Assembly: GCA_054600435.1 (NCBI GenBank)
Contig: BAAIJX010000032.1
Coordinates: 186,001-250,000, forward strand
Length of the DNA: 64,000 nt
Source of the DNA: Neophaeotheca triangularis
Taxonomy: Eukaryota
Reading direction: 5' to 3'
The position numbers and the translations under genes were made by a program. Each line of letters starts with the position of its first letter. Position 1 is the first letter of the stretch. Under the pieces are notes generated by a model. That model was not told the DNA's origin, searched no databases, and saw nothing but the letters and a program-made list of their open reading frames with translations. Shown here piece by piece: positions 24,325 through 38,100 of this stretch.

Positions 24325-26620
24325 ATGAACTCGGTGCGTCCTCCACCTTCACCTGCCAATCATTTCGAAGTGCCCTGCTCTCTTCTAACCAAAGCAACAG
24401 CTACGGCCTTTACCCTCTTCGCCTCTTCTTCTTCTTCTGTTGCTCGTTGTCGCCTGCTTCTGGCCCGTCACCGTCGCTCAATACCCTCCGCCCGCCAGCT
24501 ACGATACCAACCTGACGTCGCCCATCAACCCACATGTCACCATCACATACAAGCAGCCCCAGGCCGGTACTTGCATGACCGCCTTCTCCTCGCAGCAACA
24601 GTACACCGGTTATGTTAGCCTACCACCTTACACGCTTGCGCCGATCCAACAGAATTACAGCGTCAACACATTCTTTTGGTTCATTGAAGCGCGCCAGACA
24701 CCCGAGTTGGCGCCTCTCACAATATGGCTGAATGGCGGGCCTGGTAGCAGCAGTATGGTCGGCTTGTTTGAGGAGGTCGGCCCTTGCGAGGTTGTTCAGA
24801 CCATGGATGGCACATTTGGGACACAGGCTCGCACTTGGGGCTGGGATCGCAGCAGCAACCTGCTCTTCATCGATCAACCCAATCAGGTTGGCTTCTCCTT
24901 CGACACTGCGACCAACGCCACCTTCGATCTCTTCGCCAATGCCATCTTCGGCGATTCCGAGGACCCTATATCGCCCGACTTGCCCGACTTTATGTACAAG
25001 AAAGGCACGTTTGGAACGGCAAGCGAGGGCGACGATGACTACACATCCACAGCCAATACCACAGACATCGCTGCTCAAACAACCTGGCATTTTCTTCAAA
25101 CCTGGCTGGCGGCGTTTCCACAGTACAACCCCGCCCTCCGACCAAACACAACATCGGCACCCGAGTATTCTGAGCCTGCCGGCATCCATCTCTTTGCAGA
25201 GTCGTACGGGGGCAAGTACGGCCCAGTTTTTGCTGCACACTTCGAAGAGCAGAATGAACGGCGGCTGAACGGGACCATACAATTCGACAACACTGTGCCG
25301 ATCAGACTCGAGTCGCTTGGCATCATGAATGGCATGGTGGACGACTTGATCCAGGACTACTACTTTCCCCTGTTTGCTTACAACAACACTTATGGAATTG
25401 AGGCCATTTCCCAGACCGACCAGCTCAACGCGCTCTCACAATACAGTGGCACGGACGGTTGCATGTCGCAGATCAACGCTTGTCGAGCTGCTATGCAGAG
25501 CACCGATCCTCAGGGATACGGTAATGTGGAGGCGACCAATGAACGGTGTATGTTGGCACAATACACCTGCAACAACCTTTCAAGTCCGCTTCTCGCTCCT
25601 TCCGGTTACAGTCCGTACGATATCCGACAGCAGCTTCCCACATCTGATCCCCCGGCGGCCTACCAAGAGTATCTCAACAACGAAACCGTCTTGGCTGCAA
25701 TTGGCGCGAGAGTGAACTACACGGAATCGAATCGGTACGTGCAAGCGGCCTTCATCAGTACCGGCGACACCATCAGGGGTGGCCAACTGAAAGACATTGC
25801 ATACCTCCTCTCTCAGGGCGTTCGTGTTGGCTTGATCTACGGAGACTCTGACTACCTTTGCAACTGGTACGGTGGTCAAGCCGTCAGTCTTGCTGTGGCA
25901 GATATGCTGCCTGACGTGCCGTCGCAAGATGTCGAGTTTCCAGGTGTCACTCCACCCGCACCCCCTTACTCTGTTGGTTTTCCAGAAGCCGGGTATGCCG
26001 AGATTGTAGTCAATAACACGTATGTCGGTGGCGCGGTGAGGCAGTTTGGAAACCTCAGCTTCAGCCGAATATACGGTGCCGGCCACCTCGTCCCTTACTA
26101 TCAGCCGGAAACGGCTTTCACGGTGTTCAGCCGCATCATCCAAGGTACCGAAATATCGACCGGGGAAGCTGTAGACCTTTCTACGTTCGGCTCTGTCGGA
26201 CCAGCCAACTCCACTTACGAGAACACCCTTCCCTCGCAGCCCGATTCGACTTGCTGGATTCGCTCGTTTAACAGCTCTTGTTCAGAAGACCAAGTCGAAA
26301 TGCTTCTGGGCGGCGACGGTGTAGCCGCCAACGGCATCTTCTATTCCGAGACCGCCTCTCTACCGGAGACCACAGTCACCGTTGGCGTCCCGGGGCATCC
26401 CATGACCACTAGCAGCGGCATGGTCGTTATCAGTGACGACAGCGGTACGCCAACAACAGTCGCTCTGCTCGGCGTGTACACGGCAACAGCCACGCCGAGC
26501 CCCAGTGAAGACGCTGCTGCTTCTCTAGTACGACCACGTGGCGATCAACGAGCGGGTATAGCTTGGATGGTTGTCACCGTTGCCGCGAGTGTAGCTGCGG
26601 GTGTTTTGGTCATGTTGTGA
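24325..26620 (+). CDS. Secreted serine carboxypeptidase (peptidase S10) with putative GPI/membrane tail, ~742 aa; exons 24325-24333, 24401-26620
   Basis: WLNGGPGSSS, IDQPNQVGFS, nucleophile AESYGG, GDSDYLCNW (Asp) and GAGHLVP (His). Spliced signal peptide MNSLRPLPSSPLLLLLLLVVACFWPVTVA. S/T-rich linker and hydrophobic C-terminus. Confidence 0.92.
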
Positions 26621-28197
26621 GCTCAGTTGGAGTACAAACATCTTGAGGCGTTTTGTATACCTAGATTTATCTTGTTCATAGCGAATGATACCCCCCGGCT
26701 TTCATCATAGGACTCGTGTGCTGCAACCTTCTCGCTCTAGCCGCATCGATGTGACTGTCAGGCGTTATACTTTCCACGGCCTGTCTGTGTGTGAATGTAA
26801 TAGGGGCCCTTGGAAACTCACACCGTTTGCCACTGGGTGGATTCCGCCGGGCCACATTCTGCAGATTGCTGCCTCCTCAGGAAGACAGTGGGGTTTGTAC
26901 AGAGAGTCGCTACTTGCGCACAAAATTGCCCTCTCCACTACAAAAATGCCTTGATACACACTACCGAGCCAGGATCTGTGGCGTCTCTCGCGTTGCATAG
27001 GCACTCTCCAGCAATAGCGACGCGGAACTCCTATCAAGCGAACGAGTTGCCCTGACACTGTCGCTCTGAAGCTGTTACATACCTAAGTCCAGAGGCATGG
27101 AGTCATCCCTACGTGCTAAGAGGGGCGCACGCAACGGGGCCCGAAATTCGTAGTTCCAGTCTTCATAGCTAAGTCAGACGATATAGGTGCCTTCAGGAGC
27201 AGCTCTGCAAATTGCACCAGAAACGTATACGGGCCTGCTAAACATTTCTTTCTCTAGAGAGTGCTAGTTAGTACCTATCCACTCCCACAAGTTGCGGCGT
27301 CGTTCGAGGCAAGCAACGACAGGCGCAAAGTTTGCGAATAAAAGACCGAAGGGCTTCATCTTACTCAGATCGTCTGGCTGAACGCAGCCTGCTCTGTTAG
27401 TAAACCCTACGACAATGCTCGTTGAGCAGACGTTAGCCTTCTGATCAACTGTGGATGTATGACTAGACAAAGCCGACGTCACGTGTTTGCGAGCGAAGTG
27501 AGACGGTCGCACCGGGTCGGGAAAGCCTTTGGATGCTGCTGGTAACACCTTGTGTTGTATCTCTGTTTACACGGTCGGCAGCGGCCATTGTTATCTAATA
27601 CATGTTGATAGATGGTTGGGTTTCTTTCTGTTCAACAGACTATGTCATGGCTTTGGTCGAGGCAGGTCGGGGTAAGAGTTTGAGAATGTTTGTCTCAATC
27701 TCATTATTTACTACATTGCACTGCACTCGGTTGCGGACGGTCCATGGCTGATGTTTCTACCATGCAGCGATTTAATACGGTCTGTATCAACAACGTGCTC
27801 ATTGAAGTGTTCAAGTCTGAGGTCTGGAAGAAGCGGTGTTGGAAAAAAGGTGTTGGAATTATCGACAGATACTGTTTTCCACGAAGCTAGCCTGGTCTAA
27901 ATGTGCAAAGCTGTACCATTTAGTGGCATCATGCGGAAGCGTGCTGAGAAAGGTAAGGCCTGCAAATGGTAGAAATATCACCGAAGAGTCCTCGAGCTAT
28001 CTGCCCTGCGCCGTACATGTATACCTATGCCGTGTCAATCTTGCCTCATGAGACCCATACTATACCTCTATACTATACCATGTCCGTGCTTGAAATAAAT
28101 ATTCTCAGTCTGTCGCCCAGAACATGATAGCAAAACCCACCGAACGCCAGAGCCCATTGAAAGGTTCACTGCATTCACCCGCCAGGCGCTTCATTTC

Positions 28198-31100
28198 TCA
28201 AAACCATCCTGACCACCACCTCTTAGACACACCGTCATTCCTTCCCGAAAGGAGGTGCCGAGAGTGCATGCGGGCCTCGGACCTCGCTTCAAGCGACTCT
28301 GCAGCTGGGGATGAGGCTCCGGGGCTCCCTCCAAGCGCGGCAGACCAGGCCAAGTACCAAGTCTGACTGGCACCGCCGTCGAGGTATTCCATGGAGAAGT
28401 CTCCTGTGGCGTTGCTGAAAAAGTTGTAGCTCGAGACGGGATCGATGATGGCTAAATTCGCGTAGAGGATGCCACGCCAGCCACCGTCGACGTTGTCGAC
28501 TCGGCCGTTATTGAAGTACGCGTCCCACTCCTCGCGGACAAAGTTCTGCGTCCGAGTGTAGGTGCTGAAGGGGAGAAGGGGAAGCATGTTGATGCCTTGA
28601 ATGTACTCTGGGAGTGCGCCAAAGTAAGTGGTATGGTCAACCTTGTTCTCAAACAAGATACCTGCGACCTTGTTGGCGATAAATTGTGCAGGCTGGACCG
28701 TGTTATCACTTTCGTACAGATAGTAGTTCTGTAGCGCTCTTGCTTGAATGGCCAACATGAGGTTGCCACGGGACTCGAGGCTGTTGTCGCCTACGACACG
28801 ACCCCATAATTTGAATGCATATGTGGCCATTGCGTCCTCGGATGAGCTCTCCTGATCCTTGCCGTCTGCGGACTCAAAAAGGCCCTTAGCCCAGGAGTGC
28901 CCGTGGAACCAGTCGAAATTGCGGGAGAATGGAAAGTAAGAGTCGTCAGTCGCAGAGTTGGCATAATCGCGAATGAGCATGTTGACCCAGTCTCTGTTTG
29001 CACTATCGGCAAGCCACGTTGGGTCAATGTACCCGATGATCGCGGCGGCGTAAACGAAATATCCGTAGTGGAAATGATGATCTAGAGGTTCAAGGTTAGC
29101 TGATGCGTCGCTTCAACGTCGAGGATGGGATTCTTGCCGTTGTAGTAGCTGTTGCCGAAGTCTACTCCACTGTTTCCGGTAACGTACGAAGCAGAGCTCA
29201 CAGCGCCTCCCCAAGCACTGTCATAAACGAGGGGAAATTGCTGCCTGTTCTCCACGAACATTGCAAAAGCGTCCTGTAGTCTCTGCAAGCCGGTGAGAGC
29301 GAGGGTCCTATTCTCGGACAAGTCGTTCAAAGCGTATACAATTCCCGCGAACTTCGCCAAAGCTTTGCCAGAGTAGTACATGCTGTCTAGGTCGGTCTGC
29401 TCCATGAGGTTTTGCTCGAGCTCCGACATACCGGCGCTGTCGATTGCGTCTCTGGCCTGCTCCGAGAGCTCGGGGATGGGACCTTGGGTTGGAGTCCAAG
29501 GAGCAAAGCCCATGGTTACGGGAAGGTCCGTCTCGGAAAACGTCCAAGACGCGCCATTGACTGCAGTCATGAAACCTTTGGTGGGGGACACGAGCTGCAT
29601 GTCTGTGATTTGTTCCAATGTTGCTGCGTCAAAGGACTCAACATGGTGGGGCAGGGCCCACATGAGGAGGTTCTGGCTTTGAACACCGGAGTTCGTCCAT
29701 GTAAGGCTGTACTGGCCAGTGGTCCCGCTGGTAGAGCCGGAGACGCTTGCCGACGTCGCGTAGGCGCCAGCTGCATCGTCGTAGATGGCGCCGGCATCAG
29801 TTGCCTCTTGTGGTATCTTGGCCACTTGCAAGACGCCATTGAACCCGGAGGGACCCTGCACGGTGTTCGAGTCCACGAGGGTGAATGAGGTGACGTTGTA
29901 GTCGCCGTCCTCGGGAGTAACATACAGCAGCCAAGTGTTGCCGTCAAGAAGGGTAAAACGGTATTTGTGTGTCAAATCCCCAATGGCACCAACATAAGTA
30001 ATGGAACCGATACCTACACCTGACTCTACCAACGGAGTCCCGTCGTTGTAGAGAGCGGTTACAAAACCCATTCCCTGTAACAAGGGGAAGGTAATGGTAG
30101 GTGTAGTCTGGCCGGTGGCGATCAAGTTGACGTTCACGGAGAGCGCTAGCAAGGAGTCGGTTGTCAGTGTCGTACCGGTACCAAGCTCTGTTGCTGACAA
30201 AATGAGCGGCTGGATGCCCAGTGGGTTGGCATAGAAGCTCCAAGCACCCTGATCGTTGATCGCGCCGGTAGCGAGTTGGTCGCGTTCAGTGTGCGAGATT
30301 GCCATGCCAAAGCTCTCAAGTCTACCTGCACCGTTCACCCAGGTAACCGAGTAGGGAAAAGTGAAAGTAGGTACCGTTTGGCCTCCAAGAAAGAAGTTGG
30401 AATAGAACTTGTTAGTCTGTAGCGGATCCTCTTGAGGCTGTATACCCAAGCGAGGTGCAGGGTGGTCTGCCCTCGATGCGATTTGTGAAGGTGGCGCCCC
30501 CGTGGCAAGCGGTTCAAAAATGTCGCTTGCACCGATAAACTCCGCAGTGACCGCTGTGGTAGAAGGCTGGATGCTCTCGAGAGTGCTGAGATCGACAAGG
30601 CTCAGGCTGGTAGCCGACTCGATCATTGAAGTCGGGAATGGTAGTTCGGAAGGATTCCCCGAGGTCTGTAGAGATGTTTGAATCGACTACCGAGATGTCA
30701 GCAAACTTGAACTTTGTAGCACTTAATCTGCACCAAGAGTCGCCTCAAAGGGTGGCAATTTGCGGAGAGCAAGGGAACTTACACCTGAGGTGACGGTGGG
30801 CACCGCTTCAGAGGCCGTCTGAATTGCCGACGTTGTTAATGAAGTCAGATCGTCATCTGGTACAGTAGAAGGGACGACAGGGACCGCTTCAGAGGTTGTT
30901 TGCGGCGGTAGATCTGCGTCTGGTGCAGTCGTAGGTGTTGGCTGAGCACTGTCGGTTGATTGCAAGGGGGATGTTGGCACGGCCGGCAGATCTACGTCTG
31001 GTGTAGTAATGGGTGTTGCTTCAACCGTCTCGGTAGGCAGCGCTTCAGAGAGCGTCTCAATGGCCGAAGTTGTCAAGGAGGCCAGGTCTTCCTCTGGCAC

Positions 31101-32123
31101 AGCAGTAGGCACGTCTGACACCACTTCAGAGGTTGGTTGCGGTGGCAAATCTGCGTCTGGTGCAGTAGTAGGCGTTGCTTCAATCGTGTCTGTGGGCAGC
31201 GCTTCAGAGACCGTCTCGATTGTCGACGTTGTCAAAGAGGTCAGATCTTCGCCTGGCACGGCAGTAGGCACATTTGGTACTGCTTCAGAAGTCGGTTGCA
31301 AACTGGAGGTCGGCAAGGATGTCACGCTCTGACCCGGCACAATAGTAGGCGTCGTTTCAACCGTGTCAGTGGGCGCCACGTCAATGGTCGGTTGCAGCGT
31401 GGGCGCTGGTACAGAGGTCACTTCGACGTCAGGCACAGTGGTGAACGTCTCTCCAGCGTCTTCAGTAGGTACCGTTTCAGTGGTCGGCTCCAGAGTGGAT
31501 ATTGGCACAGACGGCGCATCTACATCTGGTGCAGTAGTAGGCGTTGCTTCAACCGTGTCGATTGGCACATCTTCCGAGGTCGGTTGCAGAGGAGATGTCG
31601 GCACCGACATCAAATCAACATCGGGTACAGTGATGGGTGTCGATTCAGCCACGTCAGTTGGCACAGACGTGAGGTTTTCGTCTGGCACAGTAGTAGGCGT
31701 CCCTTCTGGCGACGAAACGGGAACCGCGGTCGTCTTGTCTTTCGCCGGCTTTGGAGCGGTGGTTATGGGCACTTCTGTGAAGAGTTTGCCATTATTGATG
31801 AAACAAGGAGCTGCACCCTGCCATGGTTGATATCCAGTTTTGGTCGAATGGTGGGTGGACCCTTGGGCGTACACCGTTATGGCCTGCGTCCAGATTTGAG
31901 TGAAATGTGGCCCGGATAGTTCCCAGGATTCTGTCAGCTCATAAACAACTCCCGAGTCGTGGACAGGAAGTAGCACATGGTGTGGTTTGAAACGAGCAAG
32001 CTGGGTGGGTTCAGGCGCCTTGTCCTGTTCGTGGTCCTCGACGGGGAAGGCGGCAGACAAGGTGATCAATAGCACCGTGATGAGGGAGAGCAATGGCAGA
32101 GCCCGGGGGCGGTGACACGACAT
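28198..32123 (-). CDS. GH81 endo-1,3-beta-glucanase with long Pro/Thr-rich repeat N-terminus (~1257 aa; exons 32123-30783, 30686-29138, 29081-28198)
   Basis: LQTNKFYSN, SMYYSGKALAK, DFGNSYYN|DHHFHYGYF, FDWFHGHSWAKG, DQESSSED and GILFENKVDHTTYFG are GH81 (Eng1/Acf2-type) motifs. N-terminal signal peptide. The second intron is GC-AG. Confidence 0.93.
30790..31720 (-). repeat. Degenerate coding minisatellite (about 32-aa and 53-aa P/T/E/D-rich units) in the GH81 N-terminal region
   Basis: PTSPLQPTSEDVPIDTVEATPTTAPDVDAPSV-type units (96 bp) and PTSEAVPNVPTAVPGEDLTSLTTSTIETVSEALPTDTIEATPTTAPDADLPPQ-type units (159 bp). Confidence 0.85.
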
Positions 32124-35028
32124 GTTGTCAGCGTGGGGCGGGAGGGCACTGTGTCGCTGTCAGTAAATGGACAAAAAGGGAGGTAAGAAATGTTGGGAGA
32201 TGTCAGCTAATTTATTTTTCGCCGCACTCTACCCAGAGCGGGAGCGTGCCTTCCCCCGGGGGAGCACCTTCTCGCAAGAGCGGAGTCAAGTGCGGGTAGT
32301 CCGGTGCCCAAAGGGACACTTTGAAACGAGACAGGACGGAGAGGCTTCGGTGACGCTCGAATGTAGCCAGATCGTGACACGTTGGAAATGACCGACAAAG
32401 GCGTTTGTACCGCTTGGGATGTTCCTGGAGGGCGGATAAGGCTTGCCGAGGGGAACACAGAGTTGGTTGATTGCGGTACCTTACTACAGCGCCATGAGAT
32501 ACAGCCGTTGTTCGGTACAGGTAGATGAGTTGCAGCGTTAGGGTCGGTGGACGTCCGACGCATACATAGGACACACTGCCGGAGCCCTTCGGGGTTTTGT
32601 GAGTCTTTGCAAAGTGCCATGTTCGCCCCAGCAACATGGGCTTATGCCCTGTGGAATGTGTTTCTGAAGAAATGGCTCTGATACGCCGCCGTGGCCGAGC
32701 ATTCCTGCGAGCTTCACTCCCATACCACGCTGAAGAGCGTGGCAGTAGTCAGTCAGGTGCTCGGGGATAAGATTCAGAATTTGTTGGAGTCAGGCCGCTC
32801 AGGCGTGGCGTGGCTACTACGATACCAGCGAGAGCTGTGTTATAGTGAGCGCCGGTAGTTAGGTGATGGTAGTGTCATGCATCGCTCGCACGATAAGGTA
32901 CAGACCCATCGGATTTGATGCCTTTCGGGGCAGATGAGGCTTGGGAGGCATACTGTATCTAGATGCAAGTGCTCCATGGCCCGAAATGCACGTCTAGCTC
33001 CAGATCCAACCTTGGGGCGAGGACAAGACGACATCGAAGCCATAGGTAGTAAGTGCTAGTACCTTTCTACCCGTCCGCGTGCCACCACCTCAAACAAGCG
33101 GCAGTCACGTACCACGGCAGCATGACAGACTGGTCTCTGGGCTGGCCTGACTGGATGTTCGGGTGCTGTACATAGATACCTGACCTGTATCTACCAGTCC
33201 ACGGGTCTCACCATGATACTGCACCTTTTGGCCGGAGAGCAGGGCATGGAGTTGCGAGGAAGTCCAGCTGTGCAGAAAGACTAGCCTTCTTGGCCCCACC
33301 TTGGAGATATATAAGGTGTGGAAGGTTAGAGAGTTTAAGTAGTAGACAAGTGTGTACATTAGTGTTGATTATCATGCAAATCTCCACCTGTTGTCAACCT
33401 CTGTCTCGGTGCAAGCCAAACCTTGCTGCTTCGACCGAAGCCGCATCGTTCGGAGGATACCTTACTCATGGGTAGAAGGAAACATATCAAGGTACAGTAC
33501 ATGCATGCATGCAGCCATGATCTTGAGAGGTAGAGTGATACATGCAATGAGGTAGCGGAGCTCACAACCACACCTACACACAGCCTTACCTCCTAATAAG
33601 ACCACCTTGCAGTCGGTCCGTACCTCCTACGGTTGTGGCGTAACAGCCCGCGCATCTCCAGCCATTTGGTTTCTTCAATATCTCCCTATCTAGAGAAAGG
33701 CGACAACAATACCTACCTACTCACTGACTCTTTTGCCTACCTCAAGGGTTCGGTCTCCCAACGTCTTGTAAGTGTCTAGCTTCGGCGAATCGCTCAACAA
33801 ACATTGGGGCCATTAGGACTGTCATGGTTGACCGTACGGCTGCACTGCTCCACCGCTAACTTGAAGACGACGTTCGTCAGGACATTGTTGCTAAGAACAC
33901 GGCTATCCTGGAACATTGCCTCATACAGTGCCTCCCTTTCTCCCCCCGCAACGCTGTTTGCCGGCTCAGATGTTACACACCTGCACCTTAGAAGGAAGGG
34001 AGTGATACTGCGAGAAAGGTCGACAATCGTCGAAGCGCTCCATCACAGAGCACCCTCAGCACCCAAGCGTGACTGCTAGCTAATCTAGGTAGTGTGCTAG
34101 TAGCTACCTCCACAGGCGGCTGCCGGAACAACACATGCCAACACTACTTGCGTCCAAGAGCCAGGCTTTTGCTCGGCCGAGCCAGGCGTTTCCGTCAGGA
34201 CGCTAAGCTGCACGACAAGACATGGTGTTTTGTCTGTCAGCCATCTCATTTTGAACAAGTCCATAGCAATCAGGATGTCAGGTGGGGTAGTTCTTGTCTT
34301 TTGCGGCGAGGCGTTCGCGTCCTGCAATCTGGTGTTCAGTCGGGGTGGGCTCGGTAGCTGGGCAATAATAAACAACAAGAGGATGCCTAGCGTGCGACTC
34401 TGCCTGCCGCTCTCTCTCTCTCTCTCCCTACCTCTAAGGTATGTACCATGGTGCATGTCAGCGTACCCGGATCTATGTAACCTCGATAGACCGGAACGGG
34501 ACCTCAATCAGGTACTAGTATGCTAATAAGGCGATGTCGTGATGTGGATGCTTTAATTGAAGCCTGAGGTTGAAACGCAATCTGTAAGTCACGTGTCACG
34601 CGCGGAAATCGCGTCTCACCCCGCACGCGATTGCTGCCTGCTACAGGTACCTGAGGTAGGTAACTAGGATAAGACAAACTCAAACACTCCAGCTCCTTCC
34701 TTTTACCCATCTCATTTTCGACTGGCGCATTCCAGAAGGGGCCATAAAACACCCAAGCTGGAGTTGATCTTCACGGGCTTGATTCTCCGCTCTCTGCTCT
34801 TGCTAACAGTCTCTCTCCCACAATCGTCCAACATCATCCATCAACTACAGTACCCATCGTCACATCCATTTGCATCATCTCCAGCAAATCGATCACTAGG
34901 AAACATAGCCTCACCCCTGCTATCTATCACTTGCTTCGATTCCTTGCTCCTTTAAACTCGCCTCCAAGCGCGGGACACCTTTCTGACACGTCACTTATCA
35001 CATACTGCTCCAAGGCACGCATTGCTTG

Positions 35029-35075
35029 GTATGTCATCCCTTGCACTCAAACCTTGCCGTCTCTACTAACTTCAG
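35029..35075 (+). other. Probable 5'-UTR intron of the Argonaute gene
   Basis: GTATGT donor, CTAAC branch site at 35066-35070 and CAG acceptor; 47 nt, inside a pyrimidine-rich leader. Confidence 0.55.
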
Positions 35076-35194
35076 ACACCAGCCTTCGACATCAATTACA
35101 GCATATCAGCATCAACTGACGGGCTTCGGTAACTTGCACCAAATTGAGTCTCTCACTGAGCCATTCATTCAACCCACCAAGGACCCATAGCACC

Positions 35195-38100
35195 ATGTCG
35201 CAGCAAGCTCCCGGCCGAGGCGGAAGCCGCCGTGATACGCCGCAGTCTCGTGGGGGAAGAGGTGGAGGGGACCGCGGCGGTCGCGGGGCCTACGGTGGTG
35301 ATCGAGGCAGAGGCGATCGCGGTGGATCTGGAAGAGGTGGAGGCGACCGTGGTGGTCGGGGGGGATTTCGGGGTGGTGACCGTGGTGGCGGTGGTCGGGG
35401 TGGGTTCCAAGGGCAGATGCCCATTCGCGGTGGTCCTCCGCCCGCGCGAGGCGGAATTTATCTCCAGGGGCAGCCAATCCCAGCTCCTGACCCGGCCATC
35501 ATCAAGGAAGAAGACGCTTTGGTACTCGCCACTCGCGATAAGACCATAGACGGCTTTCCCGGTCGTCGCGGTTATGGAAAGCTTGGCAGAGAGATTGTGC
35601 TACGCACGAACTACCTTCGCATGACCACGGCGTTCGAGGCTGGCCAGCCGGAGGGTGTGCTGTACATGTACACCCTGGACTTCCCACTGCTTCCCGGCAC
35701 CCAATCCGAAGCAGCCGGAGGCACCAAGGCCCAGAAGAAGGAGATGAGCAAAGGTAAGAAGCGCGAGCTCGTTGAAAAGCTACTCGAGCACCAAATATTC
35801 ACCGGGAAGAATCTCGCCACCGACTACGCAAACACCATCGTGAGCACGGAGCAACTGGACCTCGGTGCGAAATCGCAGTTCAAGGTCAAGGTCACTCCCG
35901 GCCATACTCGAGATGATGGCGATGATTCTAACATCCCTGACTTTGTTCGGGAGGCACGTGCACGCAACACGAAAGAGGTGACCATCGCTTTGAAGGACTC
36001 TTTCTCCCTTCGCCACATCGTCGAGTACTTGCGAATGTCCTCAGCTGGTGCCGAATTCACAGGCCGCGTAGACGTCATCAACCTGCTAAACATCATCATG
36101 TGCAAGCAGCCGAATGCGGACCGTAGGATCACTGCAGTGGGTGGAAACAAATTTTACCCGATCAATGGCCATCCTCTCATGGAAGATTTCAACCTCGGTA
36201 GCGGCCTTTTAGCTCTCCGCGGCTACTACTCATCTGTGCGCCCAACTATCGGCAGGTTGTTGGTGAACCTGAACGTCACCAGTGGCGCGTTCTACAAGCC
36301 CATGCCGCTACTTGATCTGCTTCGTGAGGCCAAACTTCCCAACAGCGACGCCGAGAAGTTCATCACATTCCTCAAGGTGAATGCGAAGTACACCAAGGAT
36401 GGCCAGTCTGAACCTTTCATGACGAAGGACAAAAACATCGTCAGCTTCGCCAAGGCTTCGCAACACTTTCCACGCTTCGGTAATGCGCGACAGGTGACCT
36501 TCACCTATTCCGATGGTACCAAGGAACGCCAGGTCACCGTGTTTGATTATTTCAAGAAGCATCATGGCATCACTCTTCAGAAGCCCGACGTGCCCGTCCT
36601 CAACGTTGGAACTCCGAAAGATCCCCAGTATCTTCCGGCCGAGCTCTGCACAGTGAAGGCTGGACAGGCGTACCGCCGCTTACTTGGGCCTGCGCAGACA
36701 GACGCAATGATTCAGTTTGCTGCACGACCGCCCAATGTCAACGCGATGTCCATCACTGGGGACACCAACAAGGCGGGGGTAGGCCTCCAAGTCTTTGAAT
36801 GTCAGCGACAGCCCCAACCACAGCAGACTTTTGGCTTCAAAGTCGGCAACGATATGCTCACTGTTCCCGGAAGGATCCTTCCTGGCCCGAAAGTCAAGTA
36901 TGGCCAGAAAGAGCTAACACCGCTGAAGGGATCGTGGAACTGCGCCGGGCAGAGATTCAGCGTACCGGGCAAATTCACCAAATGGCAAGCCCTAGTGATT
37001 AAAAGCGATCTCAGTGCCGTCTCAGACAATCCCGAGCCTCTTATGGTGGAGCTTGACCAATTTCTGAAGAAGACGGGACTCAGTATGGGCCAGCGATTGA
37101 AGACTCATCTGGTGCAGGCCGGACCGCTTGCGACTCACAATCATTCCAACGTCGAGGCTAAACTCAAAGCGGCCTTCACCGAGGCGAAGAAACAAGGCGT
37201 GCAAATGTTGTTCATCATCTTGCCTGAAAAGCACAAATGGTTGTACTCCCGTATCAAGCTCTACTGCGACGTCATCTTCGGCATACACACTGTCAACACC
37301 TTAGCAAGCCAGCTTGGGAAGGAAAAGGGCCGGGGTATGTACTTCGGCAACATTGCGCTGAAATTCAACATCAAAGCCGGCGGTATCTGCCATTCACAGC
37401 CTAACATTCTAGCTGGACTTGGGAAGAACACGATGCTGATGGGTATCGACGTTACGCACCCAGCGCCCGGCAGTGCAAAGTCTGCACCGAGCATTGCCTG
37501 CGTCGTTGCCAGTGTCGATGAACACGTTTTCAATTTCCCAGGCAGCATTCGCCGCCAAGAAGGAACGGTCGAGATGGTGAAGGGGCTCAAGGAGATGGTC
37601 TTAGAACGCCTCGACCTGTGGCAGGCGAAGCATCGCCAGTTGCCAGACAAGATTGTCATCTACCGCGACGGCGTTTCGGAAGGCCAGTACGACCTGGTTC
37701 TGAAGACCGAGCTCCCACGCATTAATGAAGCCTTCGAAGTGCGCTACGGAGCTCCCTCGAAGTGGCCAAAGACCTCAATCCTCATCGTGGGCAAGCGTCA
37801 CCACACGCGTTTCTTTCCAACGAACGAAGCTGACGCAGACTACGACCCCGCGAAGGGCAAAGGTTCCTGGAATCCGCTGCCCGGCACTATTGTCGATCGC
37901 GGGATCGTCGGCAAGATCCTTGGCGAGTTCTACCTACAGGCTCACCAGGGTTTGCAGGGCACTGCAAGACCAGCTCACTATGTCATCATCAAGGACGACA
38001 TCAAGCTAGAGGCGGATCAGTGGAACCAGTTTACGCACCACTTGTGTTACATGTTCAACCGCGCAACCAAGGCCGTGTCCATCTGCCCGCCTGCCTACTA

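Noticed and set aside
26685..28100. Short ORFs between the carboxypeptidase and GH81 3' ends
   Set aside because: No recognisable protein, splice-consistent model, terminal repeats or transposase motifs.
32200..34950. Long intergenic region upstream of GH81 and Argonaute examined for a hidden gene, transposon or hairpin RNA
   Set aside because: Only short unrelated ORFs, and no long inverted repeat visible by eye. A folding or self-alignment run would be needed to exclude one.
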